Below, in pieces: positions 53,701 to 64,000 of a DNA stretch of 64,000 nucleotides. This DNA comes from Cyanophyceae cyanobacterium (lineage in GTDB: Bacteria > Cyanobacteriota > Cyanobacteriia > Cyanobacteriales > Laspinemataceae). Positions within the stretch are counted from its first letter, which is position 1, and the number at the start of each line of letters is the position of its first letter. Under the pieces are notes generated by a model. The model was given only the letters and a program-made list of their open reading frames with translations. It had not been told where the DNA came from and made no database searches. The stretch covers positions 128,001 to 192,000 of the forward strand of contig JBBQFN010000006.1 in NCBI GenBank assembly GCA_038321985.1, read 5' to 3'. The translations under genes and the position numbers were made by a program.

Positions 53701-56700
53701 CCGCCCGTTCTCCGGCGATCGCGGCTTCATGAATATAGCCATATTTACGGGCTGATTTTACGGCGCGATCGTAATGAGACATCGCGGCTACAGTTCGACC
53801 CAAAACTCGTGCCTTTTCTGCCTCTACCAATTCATATTTATGTCGATAGGTTTGCGGGGCGTGTAAGGCCCATCGCTTCATTTTTTGTTGAGCGATTTGG
53901 ACCTGGATCAATCTTTGAATTTTTTGAGCAGGAGTCCCTTGGGGATACAGAGCAAGTAAGGCCAGAGACTGGTAAAAATTGTGTTCGTTGACACTGACCA
54001 GCCCCACTACGCCAGCTTGATAATTTTCCGCTAATTTGGCATAATAAACCGCTCGTTCATATTCCCTAAATAAATAACATAAGATGGTTTTTGCCAGATA
54101 AGCCGCAAAAACCGACATGGTATTTTGAGACTCAATCAAAGTGGGTAAGCGGGTTTCTTCATCAAAGCTCTCTCCACTCAAGATGCAGGGATTGAGTAAT
54201 TCCCCTTGTAAGTTCATCACGAATTGTCTCCAAATTCGTGCATAATGAATGTGGAAATCGAGCTTAAGCTGGACCATCCAAGCAATATAGTGATCCGATT
54301 CTGCCGCCACTGAATCGAGGGGTTCTCCCCGAAATAAATTATGGTTGCAATAATGGAGGGCCGCGTGTCCGGCCCATTCGATATCCCCGGTTTCTAGCCC
54401 ACTTTGGAAAGCATCTCGGAGGGGTTCGATGGTATCTTGGAGGGGAATTTTTCCGTGTTTGATATGGGCATAAACTAAATCCTTGACCTTCGCTTTCATG
54501 GTTTTGTCGTCAAATTGCTGCAATAGCCGCAAGGCGAGTTCCCCACTGCGATCGCCCCCTTTAATATCCGACCAAGAAGCGGACAACAGCACCCCATAAA
54601 ATCCGTAGGCAAAGGCCGATAGCACGGAGTTTCCATACTTTACGCAAAGGTCAATCATCGTATAGACAACCAGATGCAGCATATTCACTGAAGAAACATA
54701 GGCTGCTGGAGTCATCGCTACTAAAATTCTCATCGCGGCCAACTTTTCCGGATTGCTCATCGGCGGTAAGGCCGCTAAATCCGCAATACTCTTACGTTTT
54801 AAAATCCATTTGGTGCGGATTGCTCCCCAAAACCGATGGAATTGATTCGGCTCCTTAGGCAGGGTCACCCCTAACAATTTAAGGACTACCGAACCTGTAT
54901 CGAGAGCCTTATTCATTTGATTTTGAGAAACATAAGATTGGATTGTTTTTTCGTAGATCCCAATCTTTTCTAACAAAGTCCGGGTATTTTGTAGAGCTTC
55001 TTGGGCTAGTTCATTAGCTTTTTCATAATTTCCAATTAAATACTCTGCTTCAATTAATTCGTTATAAAGGTTGAGGGTGAAATCATAAAAAGAAAACCAG
55101 CTATCTTCGGGTAAGAGTTCCCGACCTTTCGATAAATATTTAACGGCATTTTGATAGGCCATTGCCGCCTTGGCCTTTTGACCGGCTAGGAGGTTCAAGT
55201 GGGCGATTTTGTTGTTTTCAGATTGAGAGGCAATTAGGCTCAATCCGATATTCAAATGATTAACAATTTCAAATAATTTTTCTTCCCGTTCTTCTGGGGT
55301 AGAATGTTTAAGTAGGAGCTTCCCGACTTTGAGATGGACCTGGTTTTTGCGCTCTTCGGAAATGAGAGAATAGGCGACTTGAGCAACGCGATCGTGCAAA
55401 AACTGATAGGCAACGACTAAATTATCCACCGGCAAGGCAACGGGTTCTTCATTGCCAAACAGTAAGGGAATTTTATAAGTATTTTCGACCGGCAGAATCA
55501 ATCCTTGCTGTACTGCTTCCTGAAGGTCCGTAGCTGTGGCCGATAGGGATTTTTCATTAACGAGGGCCAAGATATCGATATAAAAAACGTTCCCAATACA
55601 AGCTGCAACTTGTAATGCTTTTTGGGTATTTTCTGGAAGCTGCTGAATTTTGCTAACCATTAAATCCACCACATTATCTGTGATGGAAAGTTGCTCAATC
55701 CCCGAAATATCCCATTCCCACCGACCCGCGCTCAAGTTACAAACCAGGAGGTTTTCTTGGATCAGGGAATTGAGCAGCATCCTCACAAAAAAGGGGTTAC
55801 CATGGGTTTTCTGGTAGACCAGTTCTGCTAAGGGCCGAGACCTCACGGTTGGACAGCTAAGGGTATCGGCAATCAGTTGGTTAAGACAGTCAATATCTAA
55901 TGCTTCGAGGGCGATCGTTGTGACCCGAACTCCGGACTGTTGAAACCGGCGAATCGTTTGCAATACTGGATGACTAGGCGTCTCAATTTCGTTCTCTGGA
56001 TAGGCTCCAATTAACAATAAATATTGGCTATCCGAGGCACTGACGATCGCGTGTAACAGGGTCATGGATGCAGCATCCGCCCAATGTAAATCATCTAAAA
56101 ACAGGACCAGAGGATGCTCTTGGGTCGTAAAAACACTGAGGAATTTTTGAAAGAGTAAACTGAACCGATTCTGAGATTCTGAAGGGGGCAGAACAGGTAC
56201 GGGGGGCTGCTTACCGATAATCAGTTCAACTTCCGGAATTACATCAATAATGACTTGACCACTTTTGCCAATTTGCAATAAAATTTGCTCTTGCCACTGG
56301 GTGATCCGCTCTTCACTTTCACTCAAGATCAGGCGAATTAATTGCTGGAAGGCTTCAATCAGTCCCCCGTAGGGGATATTAGTTCGATACCGCTCAAATT
56401 TTCCAGAAATAAAATAAGCGTTTTGTCGGATGATGGGTTGGTGCATCGCCTCAATTAAGGCAGATTTTCCCACACCAGAATATCCACAAATGAGGACAAC
56501 TTCACAGCGAGAGGGGTTAATTTCTCCGGTTCTGCCCCCAGTGGAAATCGGAGAAGGGGACGGAGTTTTCCGGCGGATTCTCCCGTACGCTTCTTGCAGA
56601 ATTGATAGTTCGCGATCGCGCCCATAAAGTTTTTCGGAAACAAGCAGTTCCCCTGATAAATCTTCCTGACCCAAGGGAAATTTAAGAATTTTTCCTGTTT

Positions 56701-57526
56701 CTATCAATTGCTGTAAACAGTTTGCCAAATCACCTTTGAGTCCGTAGGCACTTTGATAGCGCTCTTCGGGGTTTTTGGCTAGCATTTTCATGACAATGTT
56801 AGAAACGGCTCGCGGAATTTCTGGCTTAACTTCGTTGAGGGGACGAGGATTTTTTGCCAAATGCGCGTGTACAATTTCCATCGGGTCCGTGCCTTTAAAG
56901 GGGAGTTCTCCGAGGAGCATTTCATAAAAACTCACCCCCAGAGAATAAAAGTCAGACCGATAATCCAAAACCCGATTCATCCGTCCGGTTTGTTCCGGAG
57001 ACATATAGGGCAACGTCCCTTCCACTGTTCCAGCAGTGAGGGCTTTCTGCACCATGGAAATACTAAAATCTGTAATTTTTACTTGCTGGGTTTTCCCGTG
57101 AATAATAATATTTAAAGGATTAAGGTCCCGATGAATAATATGTAAATTATGAATTTCTCCTAAAATTTCCGCGAGTTGGACTGCTATCTGTAAAAACTCT
57201 TTTAAATTTAATGAGTATCCGGCCAAATATTCTTTCAGCGAAACCCCGCCCATATCTTCTATGACTAAGGCAAGCTGATTATATTCAAAAGTTTCCAAGG
57301 CATAAACCTTGATAATTCCTGAACTATTCAAATTCCGCGTAATTTCATATTCATGATAAAGTTTTGCCAGTTCCTCCGGGGTGGGATACTCGGCTTTTAG
57401 CAACTTGAGGATCACTCGCTGGTCGTCGAGTTCTCGTTGAGCGCGATAAACGATGGTGTTAACACCTTCGTAAACTTTTTCGATGATAGTATAGCCAGGA
57501 AGAGCGATCGTCATGGGTCTCAACAA
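50735..57526 (-). CDS. Multidomain Ser/Thr kinase-AAA ATPase-GAF-histidine kinase-REC-class III adenylate cyclase
   Basis: HRDLNP/DFS/YMSPEQ kinase, GYSGVGKS Walker [29 protein letters not shown], cyclase [32 protein letters not shown]. Confidence 0.93.
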   Translation of the reverse strand: MLRPMTIALPGYTIIEKVYEGVNTIVYRAQRELDDQRVILKLLKAEYPTPEELAKLYHEYEITRNLNSSGIIKVYALETFEYNQLALVIEDMGGVSLKEYLAGYSLNLKEFLQIAVQLAEILGEIHNLHIIHRDLNPLNIIIHGKTQQVKITDFSISMVQKALTAGTVEGTLPYMSPEQTGRMNRVLDYRSDFYSLGVSFYEMLLGELPFKGTDPMEIVHAHLAKNPRPLNEVKPEIPRAVSNIVMKMLAKNPEERYQSAYGLKGDLANCLQQLIETGKILKFPLGQEDLSGELLVSEKLYGRDRELSILQEAYGRIRRKTPSPSPISTGGRTGEINPSRCEVVLICGYSGVGKSALIEAMHQPIIRQNAYFISGKFERYRTNIPYGGLIEAFQQLIRLILSESEERITQWQEQILLQIGKSGQVIIDVIPEVELIIGKQPPVPVLPPSESQNRFSLLFQKFLSVFTTQEHPLVLFLDDLHWADAASMTLLHAIVSASDSQYLLLIGAYPENEIETPSHPVLQTIRRFQQSGVRVTTIALEALDIDCLNQLIADTLSCPTVRSRPLAELVYQKTHGNPFFVRMLLNSLIQENLLVCNLSAGRWEWDISGIEQLSITDNVVDLMVSKIQQLPENTQKALQVAACIGNVFYIDILALVNEKSLSATATDLQEAVQQGLILPVENTYKIPLLFGNEEPVALPVDNLVVAYQFLHDRVAQVAYSLISEERKNQVHLKVGKLLLKHSTPEEREEKLFEIVNHLNIGLSLIASQSENNKIAHLNLLAGQKAKAAMAYQNAVKYLSKGRELLPEDSWFSFYDFTLNLYNELIEAEYLIGNYEKANELAQEALQNTRTLLEKIGIYEKTIQSYVSQNQMNKALDTGSVVLKLLGVTLPKEPNQFHRFWGAIRTKWILKRKSIADLAALPPMSNPEKLAAMRILVAMTPAAYVSSVNMLHLVVYTMIDLCVKYGNSVLSAFAYGFYGVLLSASWSDIKGGDRSGELALRLLQQFDDKTMKAKVKDLVYAHIKHGKIPLQDTIEPLRDAFQSGLETGDIEWAGHAALHYCNHNLFRGEPLDSVAAESDHYIAWMVQLKLDFHIHYARIWRQFVMNLQGELLNPCILSGESFDEETRLPTLIESQNTMSVFAAYLAKTILCYLFREYERAVYYAKLAENYQAGVVGLVSVNEHNFYQSLALLALYPQGTPAQKIQRLIQVQIAQQKMKRWALHAPQTYRHKYELVEAEKARVLGRTVAAMSHYDRAVKSARKYGYIHEAAIAGERAGEFYQQLNLEKIAATYITDAYYAYLRWGATRKVSELDATYPHSIARGSVEGQGGVMNTTTLSTTTGSHAGLLDLTAFVKASAAINGEMVLDNLLKKLMKIVMENAGAETISLILEDDNKLYIEATGTTEENDITIGQHLTVETSAHLPLSIINYVARTQESVVIKEAIADERFAHDHYIIDHQPQSILCAPIVHQGKLIGILYLENNITTGAFTPDRLEVLKLLSSQAAISIDNARLYTNLLTSSQELETKNRALQDLDELKDEFLASTSHELCTPLNGIIGITESMLDGATGDLSELQRANLSLVVSSGRTLAQLVNDLLDFSKLKHKNIQLDLKPLGMREISNVVLTICQASAGNKSLQLVNAVGKDVPLVDADENRVQQILHNLVGNAVKYTDSGTIEVSATVLSGQEGLMTEDDDGEMEDGGWSHVRYPHSIPPGESSHPEDRSENRHLYLAITVSDSGIGITESKLTRIFELFQQTDGSSLRAYGSVGLGLAIAKQLVELHGGKIWVESAVGEGSRFTFTLPISANQIQHIELPVIEPPEPVIAAEETVPIALPIAPMEGWRTRSNGEFQILIVDDEPINLQVLVNHLSLENYAIATASNGPEALAEIENGLRPDLILLDVMMPKMTGYEVCQRIREKFPANELPVVLLTARNQASDMMEAFGSGANDYLTKPISKNELLARIKMHIQLSKINLAYARFVPREFIQFLGYDTILDVQLGDQVQKDMTILFSDIRSFTTLSERMSPRENFNFINSYLSRVGPVIRNHHGFIDKYIGDAVMALFPDTAEDAMRAAIEMQKQVMIYNLHRQKSGYMPIAIGIGLHTGSLMLGTIGEEQRMETTVISDAVNLASRMEGLTKLYGAAIVISGQTLIHLDDPTKYNYRFLGKVQVKGKKDSVAVFEVLDCYPQSLIDIKLGSRTKFERGIVLYQGEKFAEAHQLFRKVLENNPQDQAARFYVERCEYFLRHGISKVWEGLDPLTVNDKL

Positions 57527-57990
57527 TAGTCGGTAAGTAAGCGTCAGAATGAAAAAGGGTTTGCTGTCCAGTTCAAGACTGGTTTGTTCTCACTTACCCC
57601 CTCCAATGCTCAATTAAAACTGATGCAATAGGCGGAGGCAGACACTCCCTGTGCCTGGATTATGTTCCTCCATCGGTGGTGTTGGCAGACCCCATTGGGA
57701 CTGACTCCCGTCTTGATTGAATCCCTGCACTCCACGCCAGGGCCTTTGTGATGGGCGATCGCCGCTTGATCGAAACTCAAATGGTTCCTTTCACCTAAGC
57801 AAAACGATACCCTGTCACTGGACATGGCGTCGAAACAGAATCCTTGGCAAACCACTGCTGGAGGGAGGTGCACCCCGTTGCCCTCAAAGTGTGGATTAAA
57901 TCCATCGGAGTCTATGAATCTCTATTCTTATCATAAGACGCCTTCGAGAGCTTTTCCGCCCCCGTGCCTGACTGCGAGGGAGTAACAGGG

Positions 57991-58041
57991 GGCGGGGTTT
58001 CAAACCCACGCCTGTAGAGACAGGACAGATCCCGTCTCTAC
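57991..58041. repeat. Tandem REP-like hairpins
   Basis: GGCGGGGTTTCAAACCCACGCC followed by GTAGAGAC(aggacagatccc)GTCTCTAC; the latter matches 3630-3657 in ends and length. Confidence 0.55.
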
Positions 58042-58414
58042 ATCGGTTAAAAACCGACTTAAATGCTTTCATCCCAAGGGGTTTAAGGGAGTCACCCCTC
58101 CCTAAACCTCGGAACCCGGACGGTTGGAATCGATGCACTCAACGGCAATCAAACCGGAGTGCTTAGGTTTAAAGGGAGTTGGTAGGGTCCAGGACTAGAG
58201 ACACCCATATCCGTACTGGACTCACCCAAACTACTGCTCATTGATTTTAAAGCTAATTTCAAGACTGTGCTGAAATTGTGCTGAAACGGTTGCTGGAGAT
58301 AAACTATTTCGGAAGGGTTATAGGAGAAAACAGGGGGACTGCCACCTTGAATCGATCGCCAAGGGGTGCGAGAACTCGCACCCCCTGAAGAATAGCCCCC
58401 ATGATGCCCCTTCT

Positions 58415-59008
58415 TCAAGATTCCCGGACTCGTGAAGAAGGGGTCCATCCTGGACGACAAGTGCCGCCGGTGCAATCGAGATCCAATTCGTGCCAGTACA
58501 GAGTCGGAACGCCCCAACCGCGATCGCCTGCGTGTTCCTGTCCCAACCAGCGATTTTCTAAATAATCATTCGGCGATTCATACCGATGGGGATGCCAGTA
58601 GGGAACCGTCAAGGACCCATACACCTTCCGATACTCGTCTGAATCGATCAGTGCCGATACCATTGCCCCCACGCCATGTTCAACGAGCAACCCATCACAC
58701 TCACGAATTTCGGTTTCATCATGAGGCGATCGCCCTAAAAAATGCTTAAACGCATTTTCAATAAATTTAACATTTGAACTTTTTTCATAGAAACTTTCTA
58801 AGTAAATTGAAGAAACAGCTATACTTTTCAAAAAATGCCGAATCCCAATTTTTCCCTTAAAAAATTCTTTTTCTAACCCTGCTAATTTTTTTCGTTCAAA
58901 TTGATAAGGCTGCCGTTCCAGGACTTGATGATAAATTTGTTTGAGTACCCGTTCTCTTTCTTCGACCGATGCTTTCTGATGCATCTTCACTGGTTCTTGC
59001 AAGCTCAT
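58415..59008 (-). CDS. Phycobilisome linker (PBS_linker_poly) domain protein
   Basis: QIYHQVLERQPY, GKIGIRHF, FIENAFKHFLGRSP, LIDSDEYRKVYG...VPY. Confidence 0.85.
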   Translation of the reverse strand: MSLQEPVKMHQKASVEERERVLKQIYHQVLERQPYQFERKKLAGLEKEFFKGKIGIRHFLKSIAVSSIYLESFYEKSSNVKFIENAFKHFLGRSPHDETEIRECDGLLVEHGVGAMVSALIDSDEYRKVYGSLTVPYWHPHRYESPNDYLENRWLGQEHAGDRGWGVPTLYWHELDLDCTGGTCRPGWTPSSRVRES

Positions 59009-59186
59009 GGTCCACTCCTATTTTTCTGAATAAACCGACTGGCATATCAATCGCGCTAATCGGGGGCTTTTTTCCTAGATCCTCACCCTGCATCGAGTGT
59101 AGGTTTTGCCCAATCTTTAGTTTGGTGTTCAGACTTGCGCGTGGTTTTAACTTTTGTGCACTCCCAGAGACTTTTTACCCGTAGTC

Positions 59187-59699
59187 CTAACTCGCGATCG
59201 CCCCTTTTTGAACATTCGCCATCAGTTTAGGCGGAATATCTAATGCCTCAATCATCCGATTCAAATAAGGATCAAGGTACTGATTGACAGGACTCGGTAG
59301 ATGAGAACTGGTGGTTTCTTTCAGACAGCGATAGGCTACCTCACAAGAATTTTGTCTCTGATAGGCTGTCAAAATATTAACTTGCCATAAGACCAAGGCA
59401 TCATTAAAGAAGCGGGGGTCATCCTTGAGAATTGCTAAGGCACTGTACCGCATAACTTGAGTCATATCGTAATAACAGCGCTGTCCGTGTTTTTGCATAA
59501 TATCTGGATGCAAGGACATAAATTTTTTTAAGGCATGACGCACCAGAAGGTCTCCCTTCTCCCGCAAAATTTCGTAACATTTTACCCGCTCTGCAAAGGT
59601 TTGCAGATAGCGTTTCATGGATTGCATATCTCCGCTACTCAGATATCGCCCTTCGTTTTCGTTAATCAGTTCTTGTAACTTAGAATTAATAGCCTGCAT
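59187..59699 (-). CDS. Phycobiliprotein-like (globin-fold) protein, Slr0146/Slr0149-like
   Basis: EGRYLSSGDM, RCYYDMTQVMRYSALAIL.DD (equivalent to the ACLRD..LRY bilin-site motif). Confidence 0.75.
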   Translation of the reverse strand: MQAINSKLQELINENEGRYLSSGDMQSMKRYLQTFAERVKCYEILREKGDLLVRHALKKFMSLHPDIMQKHGQRCYYDMTQVMRYSALAILKDDPRFFNDALVLWQVNILTAYQRQNSCEVAYRCLKETTSSHLPSPVNQYLDPYLNRMIEALDIPPKLMANVQKGAIAS

Positions 59700-59989
59700 T
59701 GCATCCCCCTATTTTTGAACGCCCTATCAGTATCTAGTTCTAGTGTTATCGATCCCCGACCCTTCCGGCAAGAGATTGATGTAATTTTTAATATTTCAGT
59801 AAATACCCTGAAATGGACAACTGACAGCAAGGGGTGCGACATGGCGATCGCTCCGGGGTGTAACGGACATTAACCCTCCCCTGGGCCAAGATTTGGGATT
59901 ATCTTACAAGGTGAATCAGTTTCCGAAGGGTTAGCGGACCTTTAAGGGGTCAACCGGCTGATATTCCCAGTGCACTTATGGCAGTTTAC

Positions 59990-61921
59990 TCATGAATTTT
60001 GCTGACCCAAGGTCTGGAAAAAGTGAATAGCGCCGCCGAATTCGGTGCGGGTGGCGACTGCTAAATTCAGGCTACTCGGTGGCATCTGGGTTCCGGCATT
60101 AAAGGCGGCAGCGAGGGCAACCGGGGACCCGGGACCTTGAACGGAAGCCACGGGTTCTAACTCGTCATTAAACCAGAGAATTTGACCCTCTTCGTCTGCG
60201 ATCGCCCCACCCCCCGGGACTGGGGACAAACAAACCGGCAGGCGTTCTAAGGGCAGGCGACGGACTCCCAGGGGCCAGAGTTGAATTTGCCAAAGGGCGG
60301 GTCGCGGGTGACGGGTGATTCCCGCTAGGGTGTAGGGTTGATCCGTTAAAATCAACGGGTCCAAAATGCCTTGAAACGACTCCGAACCGACTGGGGTACC
60401 GCGACGGGTATAAATCTGGAAGAGGGTCCGCCCCTGGTGTGGAGTGCGATCGTACCGGATCGCCAGCAGATGCCTAGAGTCTAGAAAGATAATTTGGGGT
60501 AACTCGGGTCCTAGAATTTGGCACTGATGGTCCGGTGCCTTAAACCCGGTTTCAGAAAGGGTGGCGAGGGAATAAAAGTTGAGTTGTCCAGGAACAACCA
60601 CTGCTAACCAGCGGCACTGAGGGTCAATGGCAATCTGAAATTCTCCATCATGGGTAAGCTGGTGCTGGGGGTGACTCCGAGTGAGGGGTAGCCAATACAG
60701 CCGTCGCCGATCGCTCACCCAACAGCCCCCAGTTACGGACAATAAATGGGTGATGCGATCGGGAAAATCCACCACCTGCGGGGGGAGTGCCACTTTATGC
60801 CAGACTCTCACTTGGTTGGCATTGGCAGCGTAGAGATAGCCATCCTTAGAGACTAAAGCTGTGGTGGGGACCGGCAGGGGAATGCGGGAATGCTGGGTTG
60901 TGAGGAGTTTCGGCATTCCTGCCGATGGAGCCTCCAGAAACGGTAACGGGCGATCGCTCAACAGTCGCACCCCCGGTTCCGTCATCGCCTCCTGAATCGC
61001 CTTAGCCATTTGCGCCGCACTAGCGTATCGACGCGCCGGGAGCTTTTCTAAGGCTTTTTCGATGATTGAACGCAAGGGTAAAGGCACTCGTTCTGGAGTT
61101 TGTAAGCGCTGATTCAAATGCGCCCACATCAGGTCCCCGGGTTTTCCCGAAAAGGGTCGATATCCCAGCAGCAGTTCAAACAGCAAAATCCCCATTGAGT
61201 AAATATCGGCACCCTGAGAGTACAACCCATAAAATCCTTCCGGTGCAGCATACGCCGTCGCCCCAACGGCTTGGAGTTCATCATTTCCCCCTCGGCGACT
61301 GTCCAAATGTTCGCCGAAACGCCGCGCTATCCCAAAATCTGACAATCGGGCAAACCAGGAGCCATTTCTAACACTCAACAGGATATTTTCCGGTTTGATA
61401 TCGCAGTGAATAATCCCGGCACGATGAGCCGATTCCAACCCCGCCAGAATTCCCAGCATCAATTGCATCCCTTCCCCTAAACTCAGAGAAGGATTCGCTT
61501 CGAGGAGTTCACGCATTGTTGCCCCTTCACAGTAGTCCATCACCAGATATCGGGCCGTTGAAGTTTGTTCTAAGGAACGACAAGTCACGATATGCGGGTG
61601 TTGTAAGGTTAGCAAGGACAACAGTTCTCGCAAAAATTTATGAGTGGGTAGACGGAGGTGAGTTAGTTCCTTGAGGGCCACCAATTGACCCGTCTTCCGC
61701 TCGATCGCACAAAAGACTTTACCAAATTGTCCCTGTCCCACTAATGCTAAAACTCGGTATTTGGGCAGTTGCTGTTGGAGTCGGCGCAACTCGGAGGGGG
61801 ATGCATAAACCCCCGAGGGACGGCTTCCTTGCAGATAGCCACGATTTAGCCCATCATCGGATCTATTAGTGAGGTCCATCCTCTCTCCCTTGTTGGTCAT
61901 GCGATCGCAGTTTCGTCTCAT
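59990..61921 (-). CDS. Ser/Thr protein kinase, SpkG-like, with C-terminal beta-rich domain
   Basis: GQGQFGKV, VALKEL, HCDIKPEN, SDFG, YAAPE; genomic context resembles the Pap operon. Confidence 0.85.
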   Translation of the reverse strand: MRRNCDRMTNKGERMDLTNRSDDGLNRGYLQGSRPSGVYASPSELRRLQQQLPKYRVLALVGQGQFGKVFCAIERKTGQLVALKELTHLRLPTHKFLRELLSLLTLQHPHIVTCRSLEQTSTARYLVMDYCEGATMRELLEANPSLSLGEGMQLMLGILAGLESAHRAGIIHCDIKPENILLSVRNGSWFARLSDFGIARRFGEHLDSRRGGNDELQAVGATAYAAPEGFYGLYSQGADIYSMGILLFELLLGYRPFSGKPGDLMWAHLNQRLQTPERVPLPLRSIIEKALEKLPARRYASAAQMAKAIQEAMTEPGVRLLSDRPLPFLEAPSAGMPKLLTTQHSRIPLPVPTTALVSKDGYLYAANANQVRVWHKVALPPQVVDFPDRITHLLSVTGGCWVSDRRRLYWLPLTRSHPQHQLTHDGEFQIAIDPQCRWLAVVVPGQLNFYSLATLSETGFKAPDHQCQILGPELPQIIFLDSRHLLAIRYDRTPHQGRTLFQIYTRRGTPVGSESFQGILDPLILTDQPYTLAGITRHPRPALWQIQLWPLGVRRLPLERLPVCLSPVPGGGAIADEEGQILWFNDELEPVASVQGPGSPVALAAAFNAGTQMPPSSLNLAVATRTEFGGAIHFFQTLGQQNS

Positions 61922-62226
61922 GAGTTATCCAGACTCGCCTGGCTGATTGCCCCTTTCCTATCCTAAATCCCTTTTCCAGCAAATGACGGGTTCCCCTACT
62001 GCCCTGGGATCTCCCCACATCCGAGCCAATGTCACAATAATTAAGATTAAGCCAGGGTTGAGGCTGTGTGGAAATTTTATTAGATCTGGATCAGCATAAT
62101 TACCTTGGATTGTCAAGGATCAATATCAAGGGAGGCCCGTCCCATTGCAAGTTATCCTCGGAATCGAAACGGGATCTACTTGACTCCTGATTAACCTTAT
62201 CCCCCCCAACAAATCACCCCCTTAAG

Positions 62227-62709
62227 ATGGTCAAAACTGTTCGTTTAGAACCAATCGCCCAAGATACCGAAGTTCAGACCAATGCAAACATTCTCTCGGC
62301 CCTACTCGCTGAAGATCTCCACGTTCTCAAAGAATGTGGAGGGCGGGGTTTGTGTGCCACCTGCCACGTTTTTATTAAACAAGGCATGGAGAGTGTCTCG
62401 CCGATGGGACGTCGAGAACAACGTACCCTAGAGGTGATTACCACGGCCCGGACCAACTCTCGCCTCGCCTGTCAGTCGCGAATCCTCGGGGAAGGGGTGG
62501 TAGTTGAGGTCCCTACGGGGATGTATCTGGATTCTATTGAAGATATCGAGTCTTTAATTGGGAGGCGCACGGAACAAGATCTATTACACCCCATCACGGG
62601 TCAAGTCGTGGTGGAATCGGGTAAGTTAATTACGCGATCGGTTATTACCGAACTTAAAGATGTTCGCTTACAAGTCGGGCAGTATTTAGCCCGAACTCGC
62701 GAAGCCTAA
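62227..62709 (+). CDS. 2Fe-2S ferredoxin with C-terminal extension (Slr0148/Fd5-like)
   Basis: CGGRGLCATCHV ... RLACQ; extension LIGRR..QDLLHPITG.VVVESGKLITRS. Confidence 0.88.
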   Translation: MVKTVRLEPIAQDTEVQTNANILSALLAEDLHVLKECGGRGLCATCHVFIKQGMESVSPMGRREQRTLEVITTARTNSRLACQSRILGEGVVVEVPTGMYLDSIEDIESLIGRRTEQDLLHPITGQVVVESGKLITRSVITELKDVRLQVGQYLARTREA

Positions 62710-62738
62710 AACAGATTGTTTGCACTGAGTAAATTGCG

Positions 62739-62772
62739 ATAACCGGCGGGAGTTCAAAACCCCGCCGGTTAT
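62739..62772. terminator. Hairpin between convergent ferredoxin and pntB
   Basis: ATAACCGGCGGG ... CCCGCCGGTTAT. A second perfect palindrome, TAGTCTGCATTATAATGCAGACTA, lies at 62853-62876. Confidence 0.6.
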
Positions 62773-62905
62773 TGCTTGGTATCGCAATATAGGGTTCCCC
62801 CGAGTTATCCAGAGTTAGGAGGTACAGAAACTGCTATATCTCCCCAAAAAAATAGTCTGCATTATAATGCAGACTACTCTCTAAACTCTTGTAAATTCTG
62901 ACAAC

Positions 62906-64000
62906 TTACAACTGCTTGACTTCCGATACCAACTTGTTAATCACTTCTTTTGCGCTACCAAACAGCATCATGGTCTTATCTTTATAAAACAGATCATTGT
63001 CAATGCCTGCAAAACCTGTACTCATCCCGCGTTTAATTACGATGGTATGACTGGCTTTATCTACTTCCAAAATCGGCATTCCGTAAATTGGGCTCCCGGC
63101 ATTGTCTCGGGCGGCAGGATTCACAACATCGTTTGCACCAATGACTAAGGCGACATCAGTGCGATCAAATTCGGCATTGATATCTTCCATGTCATACAAC
63201 TGTTCGTAAGGCACGTTTGCCTCCGCTAGTAAGACATTCATGTGTCCGGGCATCCGACCCGCGACGGGGTGAATGGCGTATTTCACTTCCACTCCCAGAC
63301 GGTCTAATTGGTCGGCTAATTCTCGGACGGCGTGTTGTGCTTGGGCGACGGCCATTCCATATCCGGGAACGATGACTACGGAACGGGCATATCCTAACAT
63401 CATCGCACTTTCTTCTGAGTCGATGGAGCGCACGGTTTTATCCCCCATGTCCCCAGTCACAGCGGCAGTTGCGCCTCCTTCACCACTCCCAAAGGCTGCG
63501 AAGAGTACATTGGTAAGCGATCGGTTCATCGCTTTACACATAATCACCGTAAGGATGATCCCCGAGGCACCGACTAAGGCACCGGCTACGATCAGCATAT
63601 TATTCATGACCACGAAACCTGCGGCGGAGGCTGCTAAACCGGAAAACGAGTTTAACAGAGAAATCACCACGGGCATATCCCCACCGCCAATGGGAATCAC
63701 AAACATCACACCGAGGACCAACGAAACCCCGGTTAGGGCCAAAAATACCGGGGTATTTAAGGGGTCAATGGCTAAATAAACACTGCCCACGAGGAAACCA
63801 CCAAACAGCAAGGCGTTAACAGGTTGCTGTAAGGGAAAGGTAATAGGTCTTCCGGTGACGAGTCCTTGCAGTTTGGCAAAGGCCATCAGAGAACCTGTAA
63901 AGGTGATGCCACCGATTAACACGCCGAGTAAGGCGGTGATGGTGGTATCCAGGGGAGGTCTCTCAAAGGTTTGGTAATAGCGCCAGAATTCGCCGACGGC
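62906..64000 (-). CDS. pntB: NAD(P) transhydrogenase subunit beta (5' end outside window)
   Basis: IGGGDMPVVISLLNS, VPGYGMAVAQAQH, IHPVAGRMPGHMNVLLAEA, IGANDVVNP; frame open to the window end. Confidence 0.96.
   Translation of the reverse strand, partial: AVGEFWRYYQTFERPPLDTTITALLGVLIGGITFTGSLMAFAKLQGLVTGRPITFPLQQPVNALLFGGFLVGSVYLAIDPLNTPVFLALTGVSLVLGVMFVIPIGGGDMPVVISLLNSFSGLAASAAGFVVMNNMLIVAGALVGASGIILTVIMCKAMNRSLTNVLFAAFGSGEGGATAAVTGDMGDKTVRSIDSEESAMMLGYARSVVIVPGYGMAVAQAQHAVRELADQLDRLGVEVKYAIHPVAGRMPGHMNVLLAEANVPYEQLYDMEDINAEFDRTDVALVIGANDVVNPAARDNAGSPIYGMPILEVDKASHTIVIKRGMSTGFAGIDNDLFYKDKTMMLFGSAKEVINKLVSEVKQL

Larger units (their letters stand above)
1..64000. repeat. HIP1 (GCGATCGC) highly iterated palindrome, dispersed
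   Basis: Dozens of GCGATCGC octamers in coding and intergenic DNA (e.g. 250, 908, 1572, 25313, 43082). Confidence 0.95.

Noticed and set aside
57610..58517. Short ORFs between the giant kinase and the linker gene
   Set aside because: Overlapping, no recognisable motifs, and they span hairpin/REP sequence; probably non-coding.
1..64000. CRISPR array, tRNA, rRNA or recognisable riboswitch
   Set aside because: I saw no regularly spaced direct repeats or cloverleaf/rRNA signatures in any intergenic region (686-1003, 12075-12889, 28209-29120, 57527-58414 examined by eye). A covariance-model search could still find ncRNAs.

Overview
Chromosomal DNA from a cyanobacterium: the HIP1 octamer GCGATCGC is very frequent and phycobilisome-type genes are present. 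The gene content suggests a filamentous Oscillatoriales-like strain (inference). The window holds about 36 protein genes and three decayed gene fragments; I saw no rRNA, tRNA, CRISPR array or intact transposase. Main blocks: (i) an S2P protease, a PIN-like gene, a methyltransferase and two tandem hybrid histidine kinases, one with a DXCF-type cyanobacteriochrome GAF and an Hpt domain; (ii) housekeeping and envelope genes; (iii) three consecutive hydrolases (subtilase, GDSL esterase, PhoD), none with a visible signal peptide, that all begin with the same four-repeat 'YYL..NPDV...HF...G..EGR.P' module, followed by a decayed subtilase remnant; (iv) a convergent DUF2997/HTH-GrpE/atypical Hsp70 versus Ycf46-AAA/2xDUF1257 cluster; (v) a probable deletion scar joining two headless divergent genes; (vi) an NLR-like pair, P-loop ATPase plus TPR-STAND-TM-WD40; (vii) a giant kinase-ATPase-GAF-HK-REC-adenylate cyclase; (viii) a partial, rearranged Pap-like cluster (linker-like, phycobiliprotein-like, Ser/Thr kinase, ferredoxin); and the 3' part of pntB. 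All family assignments come from motif recognition, not database searches.
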